A stretch of 63,327 nucleotides of DNA, counting the filler. It is 4 parts of 4 records of this genome, joined end to end, with 100 filler letters (N's around TTAATTAATTAA, not from the genome) between each part and the next. Parts side by side here need not be neighbours in the genome. Positions count along the whole stretch, not along the records: positions 1 to 23,514 come from DRR378314_351; 3 more parts are not named here. One strand, written 5' to 3'. A model generated the notes under the pieces. That model was not told the DNA's origin. It saw only the letters and a program-made list of their open reading frames with translations, and searched no databases. This document shows, in pieces, positions 9,362-19,305 of the stretch (positions are counted from its first letter, which is position 1; each line of letters opens with the position of its first letter). Both the position numbers and the translations under genes were made by a program.

Positions 9362-10692
9362 CCGTAAAGCGCTCTGAACTGAAACGACAGCTGCTGGAAC
9401 AGGCACGCAAGCGCCCAACGCCCCGTGCCACCAGCACCCAGGCGCCTGCTATATCAGGCGTCGAGGCAACTCGGACTGTTCCCGAGCGCTTTACACGATT
9501 TGATGCCCACCCGGGTTATCAGCAGCTAGTCATGATGCGCCAGGGCGCAAAACAGCTCGGGCTTATAGACCCGTTCTTTAAAGTCCATGACGGCCTCGCC
9601 GGTGCCACCAGCGTGATTGATGGGCATGAGTGCATTAATTTCGCCAGCTACAACTACCTGGGTTACTCCGGTGACCCACGGGTGGTTCAAGCGGCATCCG
9701 ACGCAGCGGCTCACTACGGCACCTCCGTTTCTGCCAGTCGCGTCGTCTCGGGTGAACGACCTATTCACGGCGAACTAGAGCAAGCGATCGCCAACATCTA
9801 TGGGGTTGAAGACGCGGTTGTTTTTGTCAGCGGTCACGCAACCAATGTGTCTACCCTTGGCTATCTATTGGGCCCTAAAGACCTTGTGCTTCACGACGAG
9901 TACATCCACAACAGCTCGTTAGTCGGCGCGCAGCTTTCTGGTGCCAAGCGTATATCCTTCAGCCATAACGATCCCGCCGCGCTAGACGCCCTGTTAAGCC
10001 GCCATCGCCATCAATTTGAACGCGTACTTATCGTCATTGAAGGGCTTTACAGCATGGATGGCGATATCCCCGACCTACCCCGCTTTATTGAACTAAAGCA
10101 GCGCCATCAGGCGTGGCTGATGGTCGATGAAGCGCATTCGTTTGGCGTCATGGGCGACACTGGCCTAGGGTTAAGGGAACACTTTGCGATTGATCCAACC
10201 GATGTTGATATCTGGATGGGCACTATGAGCAAAACGCTGTCAGGCTGCGGGGGCTATATCGCAGGCAATAAAGCACTGGTCGAAACACTGCGCTACTTTG
10301 CACCCGGCTTTCTTTACAGCGTCGGCATGCCCGCCCAAGTGGCCGCGCCTTCGCTTAAAGTACTGGAATTGATGCCCCAGGAAACCGAGCGCGTTACCCA
10401 GCTACAGGCAATTTCGCGCTACTTCCTCGAGCAGGCGCAAGCCAGGGGAATGGACACCGGTCATAGCATTGGCTCTGCCGTCGTACCCGTTATTGTGGGT
10501 AGCTCGCCGCTCGCGGCACACCTCTCCCATGCGCTGCTTGCACAGCACATTAACGTGCAGCCTATTCTGTATCCTGCGGTTCCAGAGAAAAGCGCTCGGC
10601 TGCGCTTTTTTCTTTCCTGCGAACACACCAAAAACCATGTTGACCAAACGCTGGATGCACTCGCGCTACTGCTCGCAAACGCCAAAGGGTGA
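9358..10692 (+). CDS. wcbT: PLP-dependent alpha-oxoamine synthase family protein, WcbT/RkpG-like
   Basis: FASYNYLG, DEYIHNS, VDEAHS and GTMSKT (PLP lysine) motifs; translationally coupled to the PKS. Confidence 0.85.
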   Translation: MTVKRSELKRQLLEQARKRPTPRATSTQAPAISGVEATRTVPERFTRFDAHPGYQQLVMMRQGAKQLGLIDPFFKVHDGLAGATSVIDGHECINFASYNYLGYSGDPRVVQAASDAAAHYGTSVSASRVVSGERPIHGELEQAIANIYGVEDAVVFVSGHATNVSTLGYLLGPKDLVLHDEYIHNSSLVGAQLSGAKRISFSHNDPAALDALLSRHRHQFERVLIVIEGLYSMDGDIPDLPRFIELKQRHQAWLMVDEAHSFGVMGDTGLGLREHFAIDPTDVDIWMGTMSKTLSGCGGYIAGNKALVETLRYFAPGFLYSVGMPAQVAAPSLKVLELMPQETERVTQLQAISRYFLEQAQARGMDTGHSIGSAVVPVIVGSSPLAAHLSHALLAQHINVQPILYPAVPEKSARLRFFLSCEHTKNHVDQTLDALALLLANAKG

Positions 10693-10695
10693 TTT

Positions 10696-11217
10696 ATGGA
10701 GGAGTTCGAAACCCAAGCAGAGCGGATTAACCCCTGCTGGTATGTGATTCAATGCAAAGGCGGCGAGTCATTTCGTGCCGCAGAACACCTCACCAATCAA
10801 GGGTACGAGGTGTTCCACCCAGTGCTAAACGCTAAACGTAAGCGCCAAGGCAAACTCACGCTGGTAACCGAGCCACTTTTCCCCTATTACCTGTTTATTC
10901 GGCTGGATCAGACCGTCAGCAACTGGCGGCCAATTCGCTCTACCCGCGGCGTGCTGCGCCTACTCACCTTTGGCAACACGCCGATCGCCGTACCGAATGC
11001 CCTGGTAGATACCCTTCGCGCACAGCCGCATCATCAAGAAGGCAGCCACAGCTACTTCTGCGCTGGGGAAAAAGTGACGATCACCGACGGCCCCTTCAAA
11101 GATCTAGAAGCCGTTTTCAAACGTTGCAAAGGCGAAGAACGCGCTATCGTGCTGCTTAACGTGCTACAACGCCCTCAGGATGTCGAGATCTCTGTCGATA
11201 ACCTACAGAAAAAATAA
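10696..11217 (+). CDS. rfaH: Transcription antiterminator RfaH (NusG paralogue)
   Basis: WYVIQCK...EPLFPYYLFI...IRSTRGV NGN domain and GEKVTITDGPF KOW motif. Confidence 0.9.
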   Translation: MEEFETQAERINPCWYVIQCKGGESFRAAEHLTNQGYEVFHPVLNAKRKRQGKLTLVTEPLFPYYLFIRLDQTVSNWRPIRSTRGVLRLLTFGNTPIAVPNALVDTLRAQPHHQEGSHSYFCAGEKVTITDGPFKDLEAVFKRCKGEERAIVLLNVLQRPQDVEISVDNLQKK

Positions 11218-11221
11218 CCCG

Positions 11222-11251
11222 CTGCCCGAAGCACAACAGCGCCTCGGGCAG
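11222..11251. terminator. Hairpin between convergent rfaH and the TRAP gene
   Basis: CTGCCCGA (11222-11229) pairs with TCGGGCAG (11244-11251); T-rich run a few nt downstream on the minus strand. Confidence 0.5.
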
Positions 11252-11258
11252 GGACACA

Positions 11259-12320
11259 TCACATGCTCTGGTCAACCACTTCCTCAGCACTCAACCCTTC
11301 TTCACTATCTATAACGTCGAGCTGCTCCAGGAAGAAACTGCGTGCGGCTTCACCGTTAACACCACGCTCATTAGCCTCGGCCTCCCACTGACTTGGAAGA
11401 TCTGCGGCTATTTGTTGGAAACGCTCAAGCTCTTCGGCGGGCAGTTCCACAAACGTGTTGCCCTGCTGTTGCGCGAACTCGACGCCACGCTCATCCACCA
11501 CATCCATCATGTAGCCAAACAAACGAGAAAGTCGTTCTCCCGACACGCTTTCAATGGCTGTGCGGTCCTCTTCAGAAAGCGAGGCCCATGTATCAGGGTT
11601 GATAACCAGCGAGAAACTGCCTCGATAAAAACCACCCGGCATCTGAACGGTGTAGGGCAACACTTCCGCTAGACGAAAACTTTTGAGCCCTTCAAGTGTT
11701 AGCATTGCGCCATCAATAACGCCCTGTGTAGCAGCCTCATAAGTGCTGGCGGGGGGTAGTGCTACGCCGGTCAGCTCAAGTGCATTCGAAATGTCTGCCA
11801 TAATGCCGCCACCAATGCGAACACGCTTACCGTCTAGGTCGCCAAGGCTATCAATCTCTTCGCCAAGATAAAGCGCACCCGGCCCATGTACCCCAACCCC
11901 GATCACCTCAACCCCTCGGTGCTCATTAGCCTCGGCTAGGAACTCGTTATGGGTGCGCCAATAAGCCACCGACGCAGACTCGGACGAGAAATCCTCAAAC
12001 GTGGGTAGCTCGGGCAGTTTGGTCAGTTCGAAACGCCCCGGCATTAAGCCATGAAAAAGCCAAGTAACGTCGGCAACGCCATCTGCGATTAATTCCATTT
12101 GTGAGCCTGGCGGCCCCATATCGTGAACAACGTTAACAGTGACGCGCCCTTCGGTAGCTTCCTCAACCCAACTCCCCCATGTTGGCCAAACAATAGTGTT
12201 AACGCCGTGATTAGGGCCCGCCCAAGTACTAATCTGCAATTCAGTCGCGGCGGTGGCATGCTGTAAAGTGCCTAATGCCATCAAGGCAGACAGTGTTGTC
12301 AGTGTGGCGAGTTTTTTCAT
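11259..12320 (-). CDS. TRAP transporter solute-binding protein (DctP family)
   Basis: Signal peptide MKKLATL...ATA; EEATEGRV, DLDGKRVRIGG (conserved Arg), YEAATQGVIDG; GAGAGGA RBS before ATG 12320. Confidence 0.85.
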   Translation of the reverse strand: MKKLATLTTLSALMALGTLQHATAATELQISTWAGPNHGVNTIVWPTWGSWVEEATEGRVTVNVVHDMGPPGSQMELIADGVADVTWLFHGLMPGRFELTKLPELPTFEDFSSESASVAYWRTHNEFLAEANEHRGVEVIGVGVHGPGALYLGEEIDSLGDLDGKRVRIGGGIMADISNALELTGVALPPASTYEAATQGVIDGAMLTLEGLKSFRLAEVLPYTVQMPGGFYRGSFSLVINPDTWASLSEEDRTAIESVSGERLSRLFGYMMDVVDERGVEFAQQQGNTFVELPAEELERFQQIAADLPSQWEAEANERGVNGEAARSFFLEQLDVIDSEEGLSAEEVVDQSM

Positions 12321-12407
12321 TATTAATGTCCTCTCTTTGATTACAGGATTAGCGTGCAACGTCTTGCGTTTTAGTGTTGTTAGTTGTTGCTGGTAAATTG
12401 TTAGCGA

Positions 12408-14783
12408 TTAGAGAGCGAGTACAAGACGATCCCCCTTAGCTCTCGAACAGCAGGTCATCATACGATCACTGGCAGCCCGCTCAGCACGGCTGAGTACCAA
12501 GTCACGGTGATCAATATCCCCCTCGACAACAGCGACTTCACAGGTACCGCACAAACCTTCACAGCAGTCGCTGGGCACATCAACGCCAAACGCTGTCAGT
12601 GCTTCAAGCAAGGTCTGGTCATTCCCGACCTGAAGTGTCACGTTAGAGTCGCTAAGCATTACCTCGAAGGCATGCTCTTGCTCAGGATCAAGGATGTTTG
12701 AGCGAGCCGAAAAATGCTCAACATGTAAGACGCCTTCAGGCCAGTTCTGCGCCAATACCTCGAGCGCCTCTAACATTCGTTCAGGGCCACAGCAGTAGAC
12801 CTGGTCACCCTTGGCTACGTTACTAAGTGCGGTCGAGATATCAAGCCGACAGCCCTCATCGCTTGCATGAACGGTTAGCGCTGCGCTGTGGTCACGCTCG
12901 ACGCGCTCCAAAAAGGCCATGGTTTGCCGCCCGGCGCCGCAATAGTGGAGTGTGTAAGGTTTACCTAATGCCTCAAGTTTATCCGCCATGGTAAGAATCG
13001 GCGTAATACCAATACCGCCTGCTATCAAGGTATAGCGTTCTGCCGTCTCATCCAGGTGAAAATGGTTCTTTGGGCCAGCAATATGCAGCACGTCACCTGG
13101 TTTGATCATTTCGTGAAAATGTAATGACCCGCCACGCCCCGTAGGCTCACGTAAAATAGCAATAGACAAACGATGCCGGTCATTGCGCTTTCCACACAGC
13201 GAGTAATAGCGCCGCCATTCGCCTGAGACCAGCTCGACATGTGAGCCAGGTGACCAGTCCGGCAGCTCACGGCCATAGGGGTCGACAAGATCGATCCGAA
13301 CGACTTCCTCGGCTTCGCGCTCTACCTCAGCGACTAAAACCCGACGCACAATATCCTCTTTAATAGGCGCACCAATATGGAAATGTGTCGGGTTCTCAAG
13401 TACCGCACGGTTACGACGTTCAGGGTTCTGCTCAGAATTCCACTCCACCCAAAGCGAGGTTGGACCACGGAAAGACGTATTGGGCAGATACTCGAATGCT
13501 TGGTCCTCAATGAGATGTATATGGGGTAAACGGCGGACAAATTCATCAAGGATAATACGCATTTCCATGCGGGCAATATTCTTACCCATACATTGATGCG
13601 CACCGTAACCAAAGGTGAAATGCTCTGCTGAGTTATGGCGGTAGATATCAAACTCGTCAGGGTTTTCAAAATGTCGTGGGTCACGGTTCGCCGACGCTTG
13701 CACCAACAACAGTTTGCCGCCTTTGGGGATCGTCACACCCCCTACGTCAGCATCCTCAGTAGCGATACGTCGCCAAGCCACCACCGAGCCAGCGGCACGG
13801 AGACACTCCTCAATGGCACTAGGAATTAGCGTCGGGTTCTCACAGATATCATTCCAAGAATCACGGTTCGATAGCAGGATGCGGAAAGCGTTCGTGGTGG
13901 CGAAAGCCGTCGTCTCATGGGCAGCTACCAAAATCGCCATCATCATTGAGCGCAGGTAACTCTCAGGCACAACCTCGGGGTGCTGGTTATGCATACGAAT
14001 CGAATCATACATCCACCCCTCGCCCGTTGGATCTTCACGCATGCGATCGAGAATAGTCTGCGCCGTTTTCCAGAATTGCCCTACGTCTTCAGCGATCTTC
14101 AGTTGCTGTTCTGGCGAGGGGCGGCCCCAGGTGTTAAGCGTGTGAGCAACGGAGAATTTGCGAAGCTCTTTGGCATCTTCGCTGGGCACCCCCAGAAAGC
14201 GCAGCGCCACGGTCATGGGAATTTCCCGAAACATCTCCTCTACCAGATCCGCGCGGCCTTTATCGATGAAATGATCCATATAGCTACGCACTAACTCGCG
14301 AACCCATGCCTCATGCTTCTCGAGGTTCTCAGGCAGGAAAGCCTCCATCAGCAGGCGGCGGCGCTCCATGTGGTCTGGCTCATCCTCGTTGACCATGGTG
14401 CGACGCATTGCAAAGCCATAGCTTTCGAGAATTTTTACCGCCTCGGGTGGCGCTGGCGTCAGTTTCTCCAACGCGATAGCGGGAGAAAAGGTCAGATTGT
14501 CACGAAAAACAGCTTTTACTTCTTCATAGCGGCTGACAACCCAGTAACCGAGCTTAGGGCTGAAGAATACCGGCTCCTGCTCGCGAGACCAGCGTAGTGC
14601 CTCGGCGGGGTCGAGCTGGTAAGACGCACCGAAAGGATCAAAGGCAGCAGCATCACTCGAGACGGGGCACCCCGTCGGTGATGTCAGCGTTGTTTGGCTA
14701 GTGGCATGGCTAGTTGCATGAGCGGGCTGATGAAAAGGACAGCCTTCTGCCATTCCATCGGGCTGGCGTACAGGTGTGGTCAT
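12408..14783 (-). CDS. Self-sufficient cytochrome P450 fused to an FMN/[2Fe-2S] reductase (CYP116B type, class VII)
   Basis: AAHETT I-helix, EECLR, FGYGAHQCMG heme Cys; RYYSLC FMN motif, AGGIGITP, CGP; CCEGLCGTC...C ferredoxin; GGAG RBS. Confidence 0.92.
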   Translation of the reverse strand: MTTPVRQPDGMAEGCPFHQPAHATSHATSQTTLTSPTGCPVSSDAAAFDPFGASYQLDPAEALRWSREQEPVFFSPKLGYWVVSRYEEVKAVFRDNLTFSPAIALEKLTPAPPEAVKILESYGFAMRRTMVNEDEPDHMERRRLLMEAFLPENLEKHEAWVRELVRSYMDHFIDKGRADLVEEMFREIPMTVALRFLGVPSEDAKELRKFSVAHTLNTWGRPSPEQQLKIAEDVGQFWKTAQTILDRMREDPTGEGWMYDSIRMHNQHPEVVPESYLRSMMMAILVAAHETTAFATTNAFRILLSNRDSWNDICENPTLIPSAIEECLRAAGSVVAWRRIATEDADVGGVTIPKGGKLLLVQASANRDPRHFENPDEFDIYRHNSAEHFTFGYGAHQCMGKNIARMEMRIILDEFVRRLPHIHLIEDQAFEYLPNTSFRGPTSLWVEWNSEQNPERRNRAVLENPTHFHIGAPIKEDIVRRVLVAEVEREAEEVVRIDLVDPYGRELPDWSPGSHVELVSGEWRRYYSLCGKRNDRHRLSIAILREPTGRGGSLHFHEMIKPGDVLHIAGPKNHFHLDETAERYTLIAGGIGITPILTMADKLEALGKPYTLHYCGAGRQTMAFLERVERDHSAALTVHASDEGCRLDISTALSNVAKGDQVYCCGPERMLEALEVLAQNWPEGVLHVEHFSARSNILDPEQEHAFEVMLSDSNVTLQVGNDQTLLEALTAFGVDVPSDCCEGLCGTCEVAVVEGDIDHRDLVLSRAERAASDRMMTCCSRAKGDRLVLAL

Positions 14784-14830
14784 GATGTCTCCAAGGAGGG
14801 AACGCTCGACAAACTGTTTGTTTTATTTTT

Positions 14831-14872
14831 TTGTATCTATTAACGCACAACTATAATCTATTATAGAGACAA
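14831..14872. promoter_or_regulatory. Candidate IclR-family operator between the divergent P450 and iclR genes
   Basis: Two related imperfect dyads, TTGTATCTATTAACGCACAA and TCTATTATAGAGACAA, in an AT-rich spacer. Confidence 0.35.
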
Positions 14873-14988
14873 AAAAATAGATGAAGAGTCGCGCACCGTC
14901 AATACATGTTTGCAGCCCCAAGGTACTGCGCCATACTTGTCGATCCTTCATTACCCATACGCAAACGTCTGTTCGAGGTTCTCCACTG

Positions 14989-15666
14989 ATGTCGTCCACG
15001 CTTCAAACGCTTGATCGCGGCCTGCTCGCCTTAAAAATAGTCTCCGAGCATAATGAAGGTATCAGCATTGCTAAGCTTGCTGAGGAGCTTGAAGTACACA
15101 GGACTATCGCCTACCGCATCGTCGCTACGCTCGAGTCACATGCCCTGCTTACCCGCACACAGGGAGGCACCCTTAGGCTAGGCGCAGGCATTACTTTGCT
15201 AGCTTCTCGTTTTGAACCCCAGCTCCATGCGGTCGCCCTGCCACTGTTAAAAACCCTGGCCAAAGCAACCCGCGCGACTGCGTTTATTTCGCTAGCCCAA
15301 GGGGAAGAGTGCATGGTGACGCTGGTCGCTGAGCCTGAAGAAGGAATGCTGCGTGTGGGATATCGCGTTGGCAGCCGTCATCCATTAACACAAGGCGCGG
15401 CGGGTATCGCAATTCTGGCAGGACGAGCACCGCAGGAAGAGGACAGCCCTGAGGTAAAGCAAGCCCGCGCTGAAGGCTATAGCCTCACGCGGGGGCAACT
15501 GCAACGCGGCGCGGTTGGCGTAGCCACCCACATCCCGACTACCCGGTCTCGCAGTGGTATGGAAGCGTGTGTTGGGGTCGTCGCGATGGATGACCTGGAT
15601 AGTGAGCGAGCAATTCGCGAGGTAAAGATTTCCGCGATACAGCTAGCTGAGCTGATAGGACAGTAG
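14989..15666 (+). CDS. IclR-family transcriptional regulator
   Basis: QTLDRGL...HRTIAYRIVATL HTH; VGSRHPL.QGAAG and GYSLTRGQL motifs; GAGG RBS before ATG 14989. Confidence 0.88.
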   Translation: MSSTLQTLDRGLLALKIVSEHNEGISIAKLAEELEVHRTIAYRIVATLESHALLTRTQGGTLRLGAGITLLASRFEPQLHAVALPLLKTLAKATRATAFISLAQGEECMVTLVAEPEEGMLRVGYRVGSRHPLTQGAAGIAILAGRAPQEEDSPEVKQARAEGYSLTRGQLQRGAVGVATHIPTTRSRSGMEACVGVVAMDDLDSERAIREVKISAIQLAELIGQ

Positions 15667-15690
15667 TGATAAGGGCAGTAGTGATAAGGA
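15661..15690 (+). repeat. 15-bp tandem duplication over the iclR stop codon
   Basis: CAGTAGTGATAAGGG CAGTAGTGATAAGGA. Confidence 0.9.
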
Positions 15691-15788
15691 CACGGCGAAC
15701 TGGCACGCTTTGCGACCCGTTCGCCATTAGGCATCAGTTCGTACTTGATAGCTTTATTGAAGCACTCCCCTCCAGGGCCGAGAGTCGC

Positions 15789-15828
15789 CACCACTTACTT
15801 GTCACTACTTACTTGTCACTACTTACTT
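15789..15828. repeat. 14-bp tandem repeat (about 3 copies) abutting the rnk stop codon
   Basis: CACCACTTACTTGT CACTACTTACTTGT CACTACTTACTT. Confidence 0.9.
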
Positions 15829-16240
15829 AGCGATGAAACTGCTTCTCCCGCTCGGGCTGCCAGAAAATCGCATCAATGCGTAGGCGTACTTCGGTGTTGT
15901 TCGGTAGCGGCCACTCAATAACATCGCCCACGCGTAAGCCAATTAACGCCGCGCCAATTGGCGCCATCACCGAAATGCCATCCTCAACGCTTTCAAGCGC
16001 ATGAGGATACACCAATGTGCGAATCATCTGACGTTCGCGGGTCAGGTCCGTAAAGCGTATCTGGCTGTTCATACTGACCACATCCTCAGGGATATCCTGA
16101 GGGTCAAGTATCTCTCCGCGAGTCAACTCCTCTTCCAGTAGCTCCGCCACCATCATGTCTTTTTCAGCTGCATTATCAATCAGGCGCTGAAGTCGTTCAG
16201 CATCAAGACGATTAATGATAATAGGAGGACGCTGCCCCAT
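15827..16240 (-). CDS. rnk: Regulator of nucleoside diphosphate kinase (GreA/GreB-like)
   Basis: RPPIIINRLDAERL, DVVSMNS, ISVMAPIGAALIGLRVGD, WQPE; GAGGAG RBS before ATG 16240. Confidence 0.92.
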   Translation of the reverse strand: MGQRPPIIINRLDAERLQRLIDNAAEKDMMVAELLEEELTRGEILDPQDIPEDVVSMNSQIRFTDLTRERQMIRTLVYPHALESVEDGISVMAPIGAALIGLRVGDVIEWPLPNNTEVRLRIDAIFWQPEREKQFHR

Positions 16241-16299
16241 TTCTACTCTCCTCGGAAAGCAATCAATAGTGATGTTAGTGAGCATAAAACGCACCAACG

Positions 16300-16332
16300 A
16301 AAACAGCCCTTCCCCAGAGGGAAAGGACTGTG
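16300..16332 (-). terminator. Intrinsic terminator after gdhA
   Basis: Minus strand ACAGTCCTTTCCC-TCT-GGGGAAGGGCTGT followed by TTT. Confidence 0.6.
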
Positions 16333-16368
16333 TTACGACAGTGTATGTGGTTTAGCTAATAAAAGCGA

Positions 16369-17808
<1,440 letters not shown>

Positions 17809-17868
17809 CTATGCCGGTTCGGTATAGGCCAGAAAAACATTAAAAATAGACTAAAGTGGTAGCCTTAT

Positions 17869-17885
17869 CGCCCCGCTTTGGTGCA
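17869..17885. promoter_or_regulatory. NtrC-like binding site upstream of gdhA
   Basis: CGCCCCGCTTTGGTGCA compared with consensus TGCACC-N5-GGTGCA. Confidence 0.45.
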
Positions 17886-17967
17886 ATTACCGAGCGCTAA
17901 TAAACGAAAAATAAACGTCAGGTAAACAACAGTGCACGCTTGCTGGGAAGTCAGTTCAATCAGTGTT

Positions 17968-17994
17968 TAAACACACAAATGATGTCGCCGATCC
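17968..17994 (+). promoter_or_regulatory. Sigma28 (FliA)-like promoter facing the csu operon
   Basis: TAAA-N15-GCCGATCC compared with consensus TAAA-N15-GCCGATAA. Confidence 0.45.
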
Positions 17995-18089
17995 ATTTTT
18001 TAAGCTCCTAATACTCCGACAGTGCTTTTTTAGTATTACGTGCTAACTTAAGAATATGTGTGAATTTAACAAATTCTACTGAGCATTTA

Positions 18090-18125
18090 GGTCTTAGATC
18101 AGGTCTTGAGTCAGACCTTGAGTCA
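18090..18125 (+). repeat. Degenerate 12-bp tandem repeat (3 copies) in the csu leader
   Basis: GGTCTTAGATCA GGTCTTGAGTCA GACCTTGAGTCA. Confidence 0.7.
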
Positions 18126-18188
18126 ATCAAGCGAAATGCTCCTTCCTATGGGCAACGCTGTAAGCAGTTAATCTCTAAGGAGTTTATT

Positions 18189-18734
18189 ATGCTGACCTCA
18201 AGCTACTCTCGAGCCACCGGACTAGGCACTGTCATTGCTGCACTCATTTTCTCTCCCTCCTCACTAGAAGCCCAGACCGTTAGTGGAACCATCGATGCCT
18301 CAATCACCCTTGAAGACGCCTGCTCGATTAATAACGAGGAAGGTGCTGCCGTCGACTTCGGCAGCTTGGCATTCGGCACCCACTCTGCGCTGTTTGATGA
18401 GTCAGATGCTCAAGTAGCTGGTGCTGGAGGCATCTCAGTACTATGCTCACCTGGAGTAACCCCCACCTTCACCTTGCTCAGCGGCCTGCATGACAACCAA
18501 GCCTCCCCCGCTGTCCATGCCATGCAAGATACTGCCGCAACGGCATTTGTCGGTTACACCTTGTACACGGATACAGCACGAACGACGGCACTGGCTGTAA
18601 ATGACACCATCGTACTCAGCGCATTCGCCAATGCTCCACAGGCAATTGAGCTTTACGGGCGCGCCTTTGGTGACCCTGGCAACCTACCTGCAGGCACTTA
18701 TGAAGACACACTGAATGTTGAACTGTCCTGGTAG
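18189..18734 (+). CDS. Csu-type (spore coat U domain) major pilin, CsuA/B-like
   Basis: Signal peptide, Cys pair, DFGSLAFG, C-terminal AGTYEDTLNVELSW; TAAGGAG RBS before ATG 18189. Confidence 0.85.
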   Translation: MLTSSYSRATGLGTVIAALIFSPSSLEAQTVSGTIDASITLEDACSINNEEGAAVDFGSLAFGTHSALFDESDAQVAGAGGISVLCSPGVTPTFTLLSGLHDNQASPAVHAMQDTAATAFVGYTLYTDTARTTALAVNDTIVLSAFANAPQAIELYGRAFGDPGNLPAGTYEDTLNVELSW

Positions 18735-18742
18735 CTTCTCGA

Positions 18743-19264
18743 ATGGCTCGGCGTTTGCGACTCGTCGCCCCGATGATGATAGCGGCGGGACTGGCGCAGG
18801 CCTCTCCCACCGATACGTTCATGGTGTCAGCCACCATTACGCCTGGCTGCCTAATCAATAACGAAGTTCCTTCAGAAGGCACCCAGGTTGGGGTGCTAGG
18901 AAGCCTAGCCTTTGGCACCGCCTCAGCGTTTTCCCAGGAAACGCGCAATGCAGCGCTGCTTGCCTCTGGGTCTTTTACGCTCAGCTGTACACCAGGAATT
19001 TCACTCAATATGCGTATTGATGGCGGACTTCAGCCAGATAGTGATCGACAGCTCAAGCGGGAAAATGGCAGCGAAACGCTGGCCTACCAACTCTACCAGG
19101 ATGCCGCTTCACAGAACGCGATTGGCATTGACCAGCCCATCACCTTAGACACCACGTCCAGCCCTAATGATATTACCCTCCCCATCTGGGGCAGGTTAAC
19201 GCTGCCAGGCAACCGCCCAGCAGGTAGTTACCGCGACGAACTCGTACTTACGCTGGAGTGGTGA
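18743..19264 (+). CDS. Csu-type minor pilin (spore coat U domain)
   Basis: Signal peptide, SATITPGC, GSLAFG, LAYQLY, AGSYRDELVLTLEW. Confidence 0.85.
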   Translation: MARRLRLVAPMMIAAGLAQASPTDTFMVSATITPGCLINNEVPSEGTQVGVLGSLAFGTASAFSQETRNAALLASGSFTLSCTPGISLNMRIDGGLQPDSDRQLKRENGSETLAYQLYQDAASQNAIGIDQPITLDTTSSPNDITLPIWGRLTLPGNRPAGSYRDELVLTLEW

Positions 19265-19305
19265 CATCGCAGCGAAGGGTTCAAGCTCGATTTAGGAGAA
19301 CAGCT

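Noticed and set aside
9358..10692. Calling this gene bioF (biotin synthesis)
   Set aside because: Same enzyme family, but it is coupled to the PKS and no other bio genes are present; WcbT/RkpG fits better
15701..15713. Sigma54-like TGGCAC...TTGC
   Set aside because: GG-to-GC spacing is 2 bp too short, and it lies between convergent genes
15661..15828. CRISPR array
   Set aside because: Units are 14-15 bp, directly tandem with no spacers, and there are no cas genes
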